This document shows positions 11,280-22,044 of a stretch of DNA of 64,000 nucleotides, one piece after another (within the stretch, counting starts at the first letter, position 1; every line of letters starts with the position of its first letter). The position numbers were made by a program, and so were the translations under genes. This stretch comes from Gammaproteobacteria bacterium (GTDB taxonomy: Bacteria > Pseudomonadota > Gammaproteobacteria > G965277405). The stretch is from assembly GCA_965277405.1 (NCBI GenBank), contig OZ255726.1, positions 1,504,001-1,568,000 of the forward strand. The letters run 5' to 3'. The notes under the pieces are model-generated. The model saw only the letters and a program-made list of their open reading frames with translations, searched no databases and was not told the DNA's origin.

Positions 11280-11765
11280 ATGGCTGAATCACAATTATAC
11301 GAAAAACTTGTAGCAGTTAACCGCGTTTCCAAAGTGGTAAAAGGCGGTCGTATTTTTTCATTTACTGCGTTAACTGTTGTTGGCGATGGCAACGGACGGG
11401 TCGGCTTTGGTCGCGGTAAAGCCCGCGAAGTGCCTGTTGCTATACAAAAGGCCATGGATGCTGCAAAGCGCAATATGATTCGGGTAAAATTACGTGGTGA
11501 CACCTTGCAATACCCAATTAATGCAAAACATGGTGCTTCAAAAGTTTATATGCAACCAGCTTCAAAGGGTACAGGGATTATTGCTGGTGGCGCGATGCGT
11601 GCGGTGTTAGAACTAGCTGGCGTGCAAAATGTATTGGCAAAAAGCCACGGTTCAACAAATCCTATCAACATTGTCCGTGCTACATTTGATGGGTTGAAGA
11701 ATATGCAATCAGCTAAAGATGTCGCATTTCGCCGTGGTAAACGCATTGACGAAATAGTTTCATAG
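11280..11765 (+). CDS. rpsE: 30S ribosomal protein S5
   Basis: [26 protein letters not shown]. Confidence 0.99.
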   Translation: MAESQLYEKLVAVNRVSKVVKGGRIFSFTALTVVGDGNGRVGFGRGKAREVPVAIQKAMDAAKRNMIRVKLRGDTLQYPINAKHGASKVYMQPASKGTGIIAGGAMRAVLELAGVQNVLAKSHGSTNPINIVRATFDGLKNMQSAKDVAFRRGKRIDEIVS

Positions 11766-11790
11766 GCTATTGCTACAGAATGGAATAAAC

Positions 11791-11973
11791 ATGACAAAGA
11801 AAACGCTGCGGGTGCAGATGATTAAATCTAAGATCGGTCGCAAACCAAGACATATTCAAACATTGACAGGTCTTGGCTTACGAAAAATCAATCAAATCGT
11901 CGAACTCGAAGATACGCCAGCAGTACGTGGCATGGTGAATAAAGTTTCATACATGGTGCAAGTCGTTCAATAA
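11791..11973 (+). CDS. rpmD: 50S ribosomal protein L30
   Basis: [18 protein letters not shown]; ATG at 11791 gives the typical 60 aa. Confidence 0.97.
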   Translation: MTKKTLRVQMIKSKIGRKPRHIQTLTGLGLRKINQIVELEDTPAVRGMVNKVSYMVQVVQ

Positions 11974-11986
11974 TTGAAATAGAGAT

Positions 11987-12538
11987 ATGGAAAATAGCGT
12001 GAGCACATCAGAAAACACACTTGCAAGTACTGCAGCATCTCAGGGATCACTGCGCTTGAACACCATTGCCTATTCTGCAGGAAGTGGCAAGAAAGCCAAG
12101 CGTGTAGGTCGTGGTATTGGCAGTGGATTTGGAAAAACCTGCGGACGTGGGCATAAAGGTCAAAAGTCGCGTTCAGGGGGGAAAGTCGCGCGTGGCTTTG
12201 AGGGTGGGCAAATGCCTTTGCAACGCCGCCTACCAAAATTTGGTTTCACATCGCGTAAGTCACTGTACGCTACCCAAGTAACACTTGCTGAACTTGATAA
12301 AGTAAAAGACGAGAATGTCTCCCTAGCAACGTTGGTTGCAGCTGGAGTAATAAATCGTAATATTCGCCAAGTGAAAATATTTTTATCAGGCGAAGTGCAA
12401 GGAAAGAAGAGCATTGAATTGGGTGCCATTCGTATTAGTAAAGGCGCACGAACAGCAGTGGAAGCAAAGGGTGGTGTGGTTCATGCCGCACCTGAAAAAG
12501 CTGTATACGCAAAAAAAGTTCTAAATAATGGTAAATAA
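11987..12538 (+). CDS. rplO: 50S ribosomal protein L15 with terminal extensions
   Basis: [33 protein letters not shown]. Confidence 0.98.
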   Translation: MENSVSTSENTLASTAASQGSLRLNTIAYSAGSGKKAKRVGRGIGSGFGKTCGRGHKGQKSRSGGKVARGFEGGQMPLQRRLPKFGFTSRKSLYATQVTLAELDKVKDENVSLATLVAAGVINRNIRQVKIFLSGEVQGKKSIELGAIRISKGARTAVEAKGGVVHAAPEKAVYAKKVLNNGK

Positions 12539-13829
12539 CAAAAAAAGTAAATCGTTAAGCGAGCTGTTTAGTCGGTTGCGCTTTGTGTTATTTGCATTGC
12601 TTGCCTATCGTTTTGGTTCACATGTACCTGTTCCTGGGATTGATCCTGAACAACTGCATACTATGTTCCAACAACAACAAGGAACAATTTTAGGATTATT
12701 CAATTTGTTTTCAGGTGGATCACTCGAAAGAATGAGTTTGCTGGCGCTCGGCGTTGTTCCATATATTTCCGCTTCAATTATTATGCAATTGATGACAGCA
12801 GTCGTACCGACACTCGAGCAATTGCGCAAAGAAGGAGAATCTGGACGCAAGAAAATTTCACAATACACGCGGTATGGCGCCATTGGCTTAGCTCTCTTTC
12901 AATCGATGGGCTTAGCTGTTGCTTTAGAAAGTAGCGGAGTAACGTATGTTGTTGGCTTTGCTTTTTTCTTTCCTGCGGTAGTTTCGTTCACGGCAGGCAC
13001 TGCATTTTTGATTTGGCTAGGTGAACAAATTAACGAGCGCGGCATTGGTAATGGTATTTCGCTACTAATTTTCGCTGGTATTGTTTCTTCGTTGCCAAGT
13101 GCCATCGGTCAATCGCTCGAATTGGCACGCCAAGGAGAAATCAACATCATTACGTTACTGACTGTGCTGGTGTGTGGCTTTCTACTGATTGCCTTGATTG
13201 TGTATGTAGAACGTGGCTTGCGCAAGTTAGTGATTAACTATGCTGGGCGTACCAACCAACAAGGTCAATATGCGCAGCAAAGCAGCCATCTACCGTTAAA
13301 AATTAACGTTGCTGGTGTCATCCCGCCAATTTTTGCTTCGAGTATTTTGTTGTTTCCTGCGTCACTTGGTCAATGGTTTGGGCAATCACCAAATATGCAA
13401 TGGTTAGAGACAATTTCATTATCGCTGGCTCCAGGTGAGTTTTTATACGCGATATTATTTGGCCTCGGGGTGATTTTCTTTTGCTTTTTCTATACCGCAG
13501 TGGTGTTCAACCCAAGGGATGTAGCGCAAAACCTGAAGCGCTCAAATGGCTTTATACCAGGCATTCGACCTGGCGATCAAACTGCACATTACATAGACAC
13601 TGTTTTGACCAGACTGACTGTGTTCGGTGCAATATACATAACATTTGTTTCATTATTGCCACAACAGGCATTAGTGCGACTTGGGCTGTTTTTGAATTTT
13701 GGCGGAACGTCAATTTTAATTATGGTTGTTGTAGTAATGGACTTTATCTCACAAGTACAGTCACACTTGGTTTCGCACCAATATGCTGGAATGATGAAAA
13801 AGGCTAATCTCGTCAATTACGGTAGGTAA
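12528..13829 (+). CDS. secY: Preprotein translocase subunit SecY
   Basis: [39 protein letters not shown]. Confidence 0.99.
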   Translation: MVNNKKSKSLSELFSRLRFVLFALLAYRFGSHVPVPGIDPEQLHTMFQQQQGTILGLFNLFSGGSLERMSLLALGVVPYISASIIMQLMTAVVPTLEQLRKEGESGRKKISQYTRYGAIGLALFQSMGLAVALESSGVTYVVGFAFFFPAVVSFTAGTAFLIWLGEQINERGIGNGISLLIFAGIVSSLPSAIGQSLELARQGEINIITLLTVLVCGFLLIALIVYVERGLRKLVINYAGRTNQQGQYAQQSSHLPLKINVAGVIPPIFASSILLFPASLGQWFGQSPNMQWLETISLSLAPGEFLYAILFGLGVIFFCFFYTAVVFNPRDVAQNLKRSNGFIPGIRPGDQTAHYIDTVLTRLTVFGAIYITFVSLLPQQALVRLGLFLNFGGTSILIMVVVVMDFISQVQSHLVSHQYAGMMKKANLVNYGR

Positions 13830-13830
13830 T

Positions 13831-13944
13831 ATGAAAATTAAACCATCGGTCAAGAAAATGTGCCGCAACTGCCGAGTGATTCGCCGTCACGGTCGGGTGC
13901 GGGTGATTTGTACTGACCCAAAACATAAACAAAGGCAGGGCTAA
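13831..13944 (+). CDS. rpmJ: 50S ribosomal protein L36 (zinc-ribbon type); below the ORF-track length cutoff
   Basis: Translated by hand: [37 protein letters not shown]; its TAA overlaps the rpsM ATG. Confidence 0.98.
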   Translation: MKIKPSVKKMCRNCRVIRRHGRVRVICTDPKHKQRQG

Positions 13945-14300
13945 TGGCACGTATTGCAAACGTCAATATTCCAGACAATAAACATACTGTAATTGCGCTT
14001 ACGCATATTTACGGAATTGGACTACCCACGGCTCAAAAAATTTGTGAGGCACTGCAAATTGATCCGGCGACAAAAATTCGCGAGTTAAATGAACAAATTC
14101 TTGGTAGATTACGTACTGAAGTAGCAACGTATAGCATTGAAGGCGAGTTACGCAGAAATGTTCAATTGAGCATCAAGCGATTGCTAGATCTTGGTTGTTT
14201 TCGCGGTATTCGTCATAGAAAAGGTCTGCCTGTACGCGGTCAAAGGACCAAGACAAATGCTCGTACTCGCAAAGGAAAAAAGCGTTCAGCTAACAAATAA
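13944..14300 (+). CDS. rpsM: 30S ribosomal protein S13
   Basis: [23 protein letters not shown]. Confidence 0.99.
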   Translation: MARIANVNIPDNKHTVIALTHIYGIGLPTAQKICEALQIDPATKIRELNEQILGRLRTEVATYSIEGELRRNVQLSIKRLLDLGCFRGIRHRKGLPVRGQRTKTNARTRKGKKRSANK

Positions 14301-14326
14301 TTATGTGCTAAAGATTAGGAGTTATC

Positions 14327-14710
14327 ATGGCAATACAAAAAGGGAAAAAGAAAGAAAAACGTAAAGTTGTTGAAGGAATTGCTCACATTCAGGCGTCATT
14401 TAATAATACTATTATCACAATTAGCGATCGTCAAGGCAATGTCATCGCCTGGGCCACTGCTGGCGGTAGCGGCTTTCGTGGCTCAAGGAAAAGCACGCCA
14501 TTTGCCGCACAGGTTGCATCTGAAAAATGCGGAAAAGCCGCGCAAGAGCTTGGTTTGCAAGCTGTTGATGTTCGAGTGAAAGGTCCAGGCCCTGGCCGTG
14601 ATTCTTCTGTTCGCGCATTAAATGCATTGGGGATTAAAATTTTAAGTATCAGTGATGTCACGCCGATTGCACATAACGGCTGTCGTCCACCTAAAAAACG
14701 TAGAGTATAA
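14327..14710 (+). CDS. rpsK: 30S ribosomal protein S11
   Basis: [26 protein letters not shown]. Confidence 0.99.
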   Translation: MAIQKGKKKEKRKVVEGIAHIQASFNNTIITISDRQGNVIAWATAGGSGFRGSRKSTPFAAQVASEKCGKAAQELGLQAVDVRVKGPGPGRDSSVRALNALGIKILSISDVTPIAHNGCRPPKKRRV

Positions 14711-14711
14711 T

Positions 14712-15332
14712 ATGGCACGATATACAGGACCACGCTGCAAGCAATCACGCCGCGAAGGCGTTGAACTTGATTTACTCAGTGGTGTTCGTTCATTTGAAAG
14801 CAAATGTCATTCTAAATCCACCCCAGGGCAGCACGGTGCACGGCGTGGACGATTATCTGACTACGGACTGCAATTGCGAGAAAAGCAAAAAGTGCGCAGA
14901 ATTTATGGTGTGCTTGAGAAACAATTTCATAATTACTATGTTGAGGCGGTACGCCAACGCGGTACAACTGGTGAAAACTTATTGCAGATGCTAGAGTCAC
15001 GTCTTGATAACGTTGCCTATCGAATGGGCTATGCGGTAACACGGCGTGAAGCACGTCAATTAGTAGGGCATAAATCAATCCAAGTCAACGGTATAACTGT
15101 ATCTATTCCTTCATATCAAGTGCGCTCTGGTGATGTGGTCAGCGTTGTTGAGAAATCAAAAAAACAATTACGCATTCAAGCAGCACGAGAACTTTCTGAC
15201 CAAAAACCTGAAGTAGTGTGGGTTAATGTGGATGGCAGCACTTTATCTGGCATATATACACAAGCGCCAAGTCGCGATATGCTCTCAAGCGAAATTAATG
15301 AAAACTTGATAGTCGAGTTGTACTCGAAATAA
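14712..15332 (+). CDS. rpsD: 30S ribosomal protein S4
   Basis: [29 protein letters not shown]; the true start is the ATG at 14712. Confidence 0.99.
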   Translation: MARYTGPRCKQSRREGVELDLLSGVRSFESKCHSKSTPGQHGARRGRLSDYGLQLREKQKVRRIYGVLEKQFHNYYVEAVRQRGTTGENLLQMLESRLDNVAYRMGYAVTRREARQLVGHKSIQVNGITVSIPSYQVRSGDVVSVVEKSKKQLRIQAARELSDQKPEVVWVNVDGSTLSGIYTQAPSRDMLSSEINENLIVELYSK

Positions 15333-15353
15333 TTATAAATCCGAAGAAAAAAT

Positions 15354-16385
15354 ATGACAACAACGCAAAATTCTATAAACGAATTCTTGATACCTGAAAA
15401 CATTCACATCAACGATGTTACCTCCAGTGAAAGCGGCAAGGCATATCATTCTGAAATCACCTTAGAGCCGTTTGAGCGTGGGTTTGGTCACACCCTTGGC
15501 AATGCCTTGCGCAGAATTTTGATATCTTCGATGCCTGGAGCCGCGATTACTGAAGTTGAAATCGAAGGGGTAAAACACGAATACGATCGAATTGCTGGGG
15601 TTAAAGAAGATGTATTGCAAATACTTCTAAACCTCAAAGAACTTGCCTTGCAAATGAATGAAGGCGACAGCGCAACGATTGAATTGCATGCAAGTGGCTC
15701 TGGAGTTGCTACAGCTGCTGATTTTATTCTGCCACACAATGTCGACATTGCAAATCCTGATCTGGTGATTGCCCACTTAGAAGAAAACGCAAAACTAGAT
15801 TTAATTGCATATGTCAATGTGGGGCGTGGCTACCAAACAATTGAAAGCAGGCATATAGAACAAGAAGAAAACCTATTGGATGATGCTCCTGTAGTCACTC
15901 GCTTACAACTTGATGCAACTTATAGTCCGATCAAACGGGTGGTATACCGCGTTGAAAGCGCACGGGTTGAGCAGCGCACGGATCTTGATAAACTTATTAT
16001 AGAAATTGAGTCCAACGGTACGATTGACTCCGATTATGCAATCCGCCGTGCGGCAACAATATTGCAACAGCAATTAACCAAGTTTGCAGATTTAGAAGCG
16101 AGTGATTTGAATCAACCCAACATGCCAGAAGAGCAAATTGAACCAATTTACTTGAAGCCTGTTGATGATTTAGAACTAACGGTTCGTTCAGCAAACTGTT
16201 TGAAATCCGAGCGTATTTACTACATTGGTGACCTTGTGCAACGGACTGAAAGTCATTTGCTCAAAACACCAAATCTAGGTAAAAAATCTCTCAATGAAAT
16301 AAAAGATGTACTCAACCAATTTGGGCTGCGCTTAGGCATACACATAGAACATTGGCCGCCCCATAACATAGTTAAACGAAATTAG
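15354..16385 (+). CDS. rpoA: DNA-directed RNA polymerase subunit alpha
   Basis: [46 protein letters not shown]. Confidence 0.99.
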   Translation: MTTTQNSINEFLIPENIHINDVTSSESGKAYHSEITLEPFERGFGHTLGNALRRILISSMPGAAITEVEIEGVKHEYDRIAGVKEDVLQILLNLKELALQMNEGDSATIELHASGSGVATAADFILPHNVDIANPDLVIAHLEENAKLDLIAYVNVGRGYQTIESRHIEQEENLLDDAPVVTRLQLDATYSPIKRVVYRVESARVEQRTDLDKLIIEIESNGTIDSDYAIRRAATILQQQLTKFADLEASDLNQPNMPEEQIEPIYLKPVDDLELTVRSANCLKSERIYYIGDLVQRTESHLLKTPNLGKKSLNEIKDVLNQFGLRLGIHIEHWPPHNIVKRN

Positions 16386-16393
16386 GAAACAGC

Positions 16394-16951
16394 ATGCGTC
16401 ACCGTAAAAGCGGGGTAAAACTCAATAGGAATAGTTCACATCGCAAAGCGCTTTTTAGAAATTTGTCGATTGCTTTTATCGAGCATAAAATTATTAAAAC
16501 AACCGTTGTGAAGGCGAAGGAATTGCGCCGCCATATCGAACCATTGATTACGTTGACAAAAATTGACAGCGTGGCAAGTCGACGCAACGCGTATCGGTAT
16601 TTGAATAACAAGACCGCTGTTGGCGTGTTATTTCAAGACTTTTCCCAATATACCGGTTTTCGCAATGGTGGGTATACCCGCGTTGTCAAAGCTGGAGCGC
16701 GGGCTGGAGACAATGCGCCACTTGCGTATATAGAGTGGGTGGACAGACAAGCATTTGCCAATGGTGAGAAAGCACAGCCAATTCCATCTAAAAGCAAGAC
16801 AAAGAAAAAAATTAAACCCGTAATTGAAAAAATTACAGCAGCAGCTAACAACAACGATACTAGCTTGGCAGCAGATCCAGCGCCAGAACGAACAACAGCA
16901 ACGTCTCCTGCACCAACAAACACGGCAACTGCAACAGATGCTGAAAAATAG
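16394..16951 (+). CDS. rplQ: 50S ribosomal protein L17 with long C-terminal tail
   Basis: MRHRK, KAKELR, GGYTR, GDNAP. Confidence 0.98.
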   Translation: MRHRKSGVKLNRNSSHRKALFRNLSIAFIEHKIIKTTVVKAKELRRHIEPLITLTKIDSVASRRNAYRYLNNKTAVGVLFQDFSQYTGFRNGGYTRVVKAGARAGDNAPLAYIEWVDRQAFANGEKAQPIPSKSKTKKKIKPVIEKITAAANNNDTSLAADPAPERTTATSPAPTNTATATDAEK

Positions 16952-16999
16952 TCACCAACGCAGAGCTTAGCGCCGCTACATCACACAACAAAATGTATT

Positions 17000-18124
17000 G
17001 TGGGAGTACAACGGCGGAAATTATCAGCAACTTCACGTCACTGGGTTTTTAAAGTCGGGAGTGCGATTGTCACCAATGCTGGTGAGTACTTGGCGGAAGA
17101 ATGGCTAGATTCAGTTGTTAACCAGTTAGCCAATATTATCGCCAAAGGCTATAAACCCGTTGTTGTTTCTTCAGGTGCAATTGCACTTGGGCGGATAGCT
17201 TTAGGCATAGACACAGCAACTATCCAAAATTCTCAAGTGTGTGCTGCTGTCGGTCAAATGAGCCTGACACAGGCATATCAAACGCGATTTACTCTATATG
17301 GACTGCGCAGCGGGCAGGTATTATTAACCCATGATGATTTAGCAAATAGACGCCGTTACTTAAACGCGCGCGCAACCATGCAGCATATGTTAAAATTGGG
17401 CGTTATCCCAATTGTCAACGAGAACGACTCGGTCGCAACACAAGAGATCGGCGTTGGTGATAACGACTCACTTGCAGCAAGTATTTGTAACTTGGTTGCA
17501 GCAGACTGCATGGTGTTATTAACGGATCAACAAGGCGTATATGATGCTGATCCGCGTGGCAATCCAAATGCTACATTTATTGAAGAAATACAAGCTGATG
17601 ACCCTTTGCTACAAACCTTAGCCGTTCCCAGCAAAGGCGTGTTGGGTAAAGGCGGAATGGCTACAAAAATTAAGGCAGCAAAATTAGCCGCACGTTCTGG
17701 CACCAGCACCATCATTGCCGATGGCAATGCCAACAATGTTGTAGAGAAATGTGTTGCAGGGGAAAAAATCGGTACGCTTATTCGAGCAACTATTACACCG
17801 AGCAATGCGCGCAGACAATGGCTTGCCAGTCAACTAAAACCAAAAGGCATGCTGCGACTTGATGGCGGCGCTATCCACGCATTGCGATATAATAACGCCA
17901 GCGTCCTTGCAGTTGGTGTTATTGAGTGCGCAGGCGTGTTTGGACGTGGCGATTTAGTTGAATGTGTCAACCCAGCAGGTGTGCCAGTAGCGCGGGGGTT
18001 GATCAATTATTCGCAACAAGAAGTTGCAAAAATTATTGGGAAAAAAAGTTCAGAAATCAGCAATATGCTCGGCTACAGCAATGAACCTGAGCTCATCGAC
18101 AGAACTAATTTTGTAATGGTATGA
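17000..18124 (+). CDS. proB: Glutamate 5-kinase with PUA domain
   Basis: KVGS, VSSGA, AAVGQ, PIVNENDSV, GDND, GGM-TK; C-terminal PUA. Confidence 0.97.
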   Translation: MGVQRRKLSATSRHWVFKVGSAIVTNAGEYLAEEWLDSVVNQLANIIAKGYKPVVVSSGAIALGRIALGIDTATIQNSQVCAAVGQMSLTQAYQTRFTLYGLRSGQVLLTHDDLANRRRYLNARATMQHMLKLGVIPIVNENDSVATQEIGVGDNDSLAASICNLVAADCMVLLTDQQGVYDADPRGNPNATFIEEIQADDPLLQTLAVPSKGVLGKGGMATKIKAAKLAARSGTSTIIADGNANNVVEKCVAGEKIGTLIRATITPSNARRQWLASQLKPKGMLRLDGGAIHALRYNNASVLAVGVIECAGVFGRGDLVECVNPAGVPVARGLINYSQQEVAKIIGKKSSEISNMLGYSNEPELIDRTNFVMV

Positions 18125-18969
18125 TTGCTGCAACAATAGCGAATCCTCGCAGCAATTTCATCGTTGCTGTCGCTCAATTAAACAGCGGTATTGGTGAACA
18201 CGAGAACGCTGCAACGGTGGTAGAGTTGATGCGCCAGGCGAGCGCAGCAGGCGCTGATATTGTAAGTTTTCCTGAATGCTGCAATGCGCTTGATAGACAG
18301 CAGCAAAACACATATACGCTACAAGCTGAAAATTTATTCTTACAACAAGTCTGCTCCCAAGCACGCGATTTAGCAATTTGGGTGCATCTTGGGTCGCTTG
18401 TTTTACAGTGCCCACACAGCAACAAACTCCTGAATCGCAGCATGGTGATTACCGCAACAGGTGAGATTCAGGATGTATATGACAAAATTCACTTGTTTGA
18501 CGTCGTCTTGGGCGGGGACGAGCAATACCGTGAATCTGACGCATATCTGCGCGGCAACCAAACTGTTGTCAGTCAATTGCCGTGGTGCGCGGCAGGGCTA
18601 GCGATTTGCTATGATGTGCGTTTTCCGTATTTATTCCGTAAACTTGTAGCTGACGGAGCGCAGGTTATCTGTATCCCAGCTGCATTCACGTATACAACAG
18701 GAAAAGCCCATTGGGAGATATTATTACGCGCCAGAGCCATTGAAAATAGCGTGTATGTTATAGCCGCAGCTCAAGTTGGCAGGCATCAAGATGGGCGGCA
18801 TACCTGGGGTCATTCGATGGTAATAAACCCATGGGGTGAGGTGGAATGTGACGCAGCTAAGACGGTAAATTCAATCCAGCTGGCGACGATTGATTTGGAA
18901 AAAATCGCATCTTGCCGTCGAGCAATTCCAGCGTGGTCGGTGGATAATAGCGATATTGGCAATATGTAG
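18121..18969 (+). CDS. Carbon-nitrogen hydrolase (Nit1 / deaminated-glutathione amidase-like)
   Basis: E-K-C triad in FPE, YDKIHLFD and ICYDVRFP; TG-AHW--LLRARAIEN; GHSM-I-PWG. Confidence 0.93.
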   Translation: MIAATIANPRSNFIVAVAQLNSGIGEHENAATVVELMRQASAAGADIVSFPECCNALDRQQQNTYTLQAENLFLQQVCSQARDLAIWVHLGSLVLQCPHSNKLLNRSMVITATGEIQDVYDKIHLFDVVLGGDEQYRESDAYLRGNQTVVSQLPWCAAGLAICYDVRFPYLFRKLVADGAQVICIPAAFTYTTGKAHWEILLRARAIENSVYVIAAAQVGRHQDGRHTWGHSMVINPWGEVECDAAKTVNSIQLATIDLEKIASCRRAIPAWSVDNSDIGNM

Positions 18970-18975
18970 CAGTTA

Positions 18976-19779
18976 GTGGCTAAGCAACGAACGCTGGTTT
19001 TCACCCAACCTGTAGCTACAGCAGGCAGATTGCTGCAAGCCCTTTGCGAATATGTCGGCGGGGCACAGCAGCTGCAAGTAAATACAATATTTGCCGCGAT
19101 GTTGCACAATCAACCGCTGCAACAGACGGTGGGTAAATATCATGCTGCGATTGATGCAGTAATTGTAACTAGCCCAGCATCGGCGCAATGGTTTGCAGCG
19201 CAGCTACCTAGTATAGCCGATTGGTATGCAGTGGGTCAGTCAACCGCTGCAACGCTGCAGGCACGAGGGATTGCAGCGCATTGTCCGCAGGAATGGGGTG
19301 GCGACGGGGTGTTGCGGATGTTAAGGCAACATCATGCCGATAAGCTCAATGTTTTACTCGTACAAGGGAGACATGCGCGACCCTTATTGCGGCAACAGTT
19401 GCAAAAACTCGGGCATACGGTGACGGTGTGTGAGGTGTATACAACGCATACATATAGCTATTCAACAGCATTTAAGCACCATGTTGCCGCTGCGTTGACA
19501 GCCGATGACTTGGTGGTGTTTTCGAGCATTATTGCGCTGGAAAACTGGGATAATTGGATGACCCATACCAACTATACATTGGCAGTCACCAGTTCCAGAA
19601 TTGCCAGCATTGCAGCACAGCTTGGCTATACAGCGGTGGTGTTGATAGGCAGCAGCAACCATCAAAATATCTGCAAGGTTGTAGCAGGTTTCCTCTGCGT
19701 TGGCTTGAGTATTATGGAATGTATAGCACCCATAAAATCAAATGATAACGCGTCGACATTAAAGGGTGAAGGGCTATAG
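18976..19779 (+). CDS. hemD: Uroporphyrinogen-III synthase
   Basis: IVTSP-SA, AVG-STA--L, G---R--L---L---G, EVY, TSSRIA; upstream of hemX/hemY-like genes. Confidence 0.85.
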   Translation: MAKQRTLVFTQPVATAGRLLQALCEYVGGAQQLQVNTIFAAMLHNQPLQQTVGKYHAAIDAVIVTSPASAQWFAAQLPSIADWYAVGQSTAATLQARGIAAHCPQEWGGDGVLRMLRQHHADKLNVLLVQGRHARPLLRQQLQKLGHTVTVCEVYTTHTYSYSTAFKHHVAAALTADDLVVFSSIIALENWDNWMTHTNYTLAVTSSRIASIAAQLGYTAVVLIGSSNHQNICKVVAGFLCVGLSIMECIAPIKSNDNASTLKGEGL

Positions 19780-19812
19780 TATCAGCAACACGGATTTACA
19801 CATAAAGAGGTT

Positions 19813-20838
19813 ATGGATAAAAATTTACCAGTAAAGCATTTAGGTCTCCGCGCACCAGTTTCGTTGTCGTATAAAGCACCGTTATTGGTAGTTGTTATAC
19901 TGTTCGCTGCTGTGTGTGCGACAATGGGCTATTGGGGTTTTGCCAACCAACAACTAACAATGAATGCAATCCACTCTTTGCAGCAGCAATCGACATTGCA
20001 AGAGAAGTTTTATACCCAGCAAGTGGCTACATTAACAAATATTATTGAGCATAGAACCGCAGCGTTGCAACCAGAATACATTGCTGCAAAACTACAATTG
20101 CAACAAGAATTAGTAGATGAAATTCAGAAAAAAAATAAAACATTTGCAACTGAGCTAGAACGCATTGCCGCTGTATTGCAACAATCAGCTGATGACACGT
20201 GGTTTGTTACAGCGCAACGGATGATGGTGCATGAATTAGTGTATGTGGCACAGCAACATGCATTGTCGGTAGCAGATAGAAGTTCTGTACGCTCGGTATT
20301 GCAACATGCGCAGGATATTAACAACCAGATACGTGACCAAGCATCGTTAGTGCTTGGCAAGGCAATAACAATTGATATACAGCGGGCGGAGCAGTTAGAA
20401 AAGCAGGATAATAATGAAGCATTCCAGCTGATTCGTGGTTTTAGATCGCAGTTGATGGAATTACATTTTGTTGACCCTATTCGCAGCAAAGCCACAGTAG
20501 CTGCTGGCGGGTTTATGTCACACGTTGAGCAATTGTTAAATAAGTTTTTGGTAGTCAGCAAGGTCAATGTATCACCAGCTGCAAATCAACAGACCTTTGC
20601 GCTCGCCCGCTTATATATTGTCAATGAATTGCAGTTTGCCCAATCAGCATTATACAATAACGATGGAGCGGCATATGCCAATGCAATTGCCAATGCTACT
20701 GATATATTTCAGCAGTATTTATATCGCTATGCCTCTGCAACCATACTCAAGAGTATGGAACGTCTGGCAGCTGTAACCGTCATACAACCGCAGCAGTGGC
20801 GGTTGCAATCAGCACAAACATTGTCAGTAAGCGAGTAA
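19813..20838 (+). CDS. hemX: HemX-like membrane-anchored coiled-coil protein
   Basis: One N-terminal TM, Q-rich helical body, L--AQ-AL----Y motif; position between hemD and hemY. Confidence 0.65.
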   Translation: MDKNLPVKHLGLRAPVSLSYKAPLLVVVILFAAVCATMGYWGFANQQLTMNAIHSLQQQSTLQEKFYTQQVATLTNIIEHRTAALQPEYIAAKLQLQQELVDEIQKKNKTFATELERIAAVLQQSADDTWFVTAQRMMVHELVYVAQQHALSVADRSSVRSVLQHAQDINNQIRDQASLVLGKAITIDIQRAEQLEKQDNNEAFQLIRGFRSQLMELHFVDPIRSKATVAAGGFMSHVEQLLNKFLVVSKVNVSPAANQQTFALARLYIVNELQFAQSALYNNDGAAYANAIANATDIFQQYLYRYASATILKSMERLAAVTVIQPQQWRLQSAQTLSVSE

Positions 20839-20841
20839 GCT

Positions 20842-21990
20842 GTGCAACAACTTATCAAGCTGCTATTTATCATTTTTCTACCCTTAATTGGTGGCGCACT
20901 GCTGGCATTTGGCGATAATCAGCGCAGCGGCTATGTGCTGATCTTGCTTGGGCAATATAGTATAGAAACCAATATTTGGATATTGCTCGCAGCGATTGTC
21001 ATAGTCACAGCATTACTTTGGTTGGTGCTAGGGTTCACCAATAGCATTACTGCCACAGTGAAATCGGTGTTTATATGGCAGCGCCGCCGTCAAGCAAGTA
21101 AACAACTGCAATGGCTGAATGAATCGCTGAATGCCCTGATTGTTGATGAGCCGCAACGGGCGATAAAACTACTAAAGAAAATTGATGAAACATCGCTGAG
21201 TCCTGCGGTAAACAAAGCATTGCAATCGTATGTGTGGATGCGCCACCGTGATGGTGATAAAGCAACTGGTGCACTGCGTCAGTTCAATCAACTCGCGCTT
21301 GCAAGCCCAAGCCGTGTCCAGGAAACACTGGCGATAGAGAGTGCGTATATTAACGGAAATTACCAAGTTGTCGTTGATATCATTGCCCCAGCATTGGCGC
21401 ACAAAACAGTGAAAACAACGTGGCGATTAAGATATTTGCAAAGTGTTATAGCGCTTAAAAAAATTGATCTTGTCGCGGCTGGTCTGCCGAAAAAAGCAAC
21501 AGGCGGGGTGGAGTTTAAAGCGGTGTACACCAAATTGTTGCAAGAAAAGACTAGCGAAGCAGATCTAGTATGGAACTCAATGAACCAAAGCATGCAGGCA
21601 GATGTTGAGGTTGCTGCCTTGTATCTGCAACGGTTAATTGACAGCGAAGCATTCCAGCAAGCCGATGCATTCCTATTAGCCCACACCCAGCGAGAGCTGT
21701 TTGCGTATGTCGGCAGCTACCCGCACATCAATGTCAAAAGCATATTCGACAAGTTTAATGGACTGCTCCAAGGCGATGGCGCCGATAGTAGTGCCAGTGA
21801 GTATGCAGCACTTGGAAAAGTAGCGTTGCAACAGCAACTTTGGGGTCAGGCAATCGAGTTATTACAAACGTCGTTGCAACAAGACCCGCGGCAGCAGGAT
21901 ACTGCTTGGACATTACTGATGGCGTATAAATTAAGCAACCAGCCCCAGCAAATCGAGCAACTCATCAGTAGCAGTGTGAGTAATCGCTAG
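20842..21990 (+). CDS. hemY: HemY-like protein (HemY N-terminal domain plus TPR)
   Basis: GYVLI-LGQYSIET N-terminal motif, two TMs, C-terminal TPR-like ALGKVALQQQLWGQA. Confidence 0.75.
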   Translation: MQQLIKLLFIIFLPLIGGALLAFGDNQRSGYVLILLGQYSIETNIWILLAAIVIVTALLWLVLGFTNSITATVKSVFIWQRRRQASKQLQWLNESLNALIVDEPQRAIKLLKKIDETSLSPAVNKALQSYVWMRHRDGDKATGALRQFNQLALASPSRVQETLAIESAYINGNYQVVVDIIAPALAHKTVKTTWRLRYLQSVIALKKIDLVAAGLPKKATGGVEFKAVYTKLLQEKTSEADLVWNSMNQSMQADVEVAALYLQRLIDSEAFQQADAFLLAHTQRELFAYVGSYPHINVKSIFDKFNGLLQGDGADSSASEYAALGKVALQQQLWGQAIELLQTSLQQDPRQQDTAWTLLMAYKLSNQPQQIEQLISSSVSNR

Positions 21991-22044
21991 CCGCCGTTGC
22001 CTACTGACTGCTGAATTTTAATTCACAATGCAGCCGTGAGATGT

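Noticed and set aside
14652-14711. Extended N-terminus of S4 in the track
   Set aside because: It overlaps rpsK; the canonical MARY start is at 14712
3536-16923. Numerous antisense and alternate-frame ORFs over the ribosomal operon
   Set aside because: Shadows of well-conserved genes
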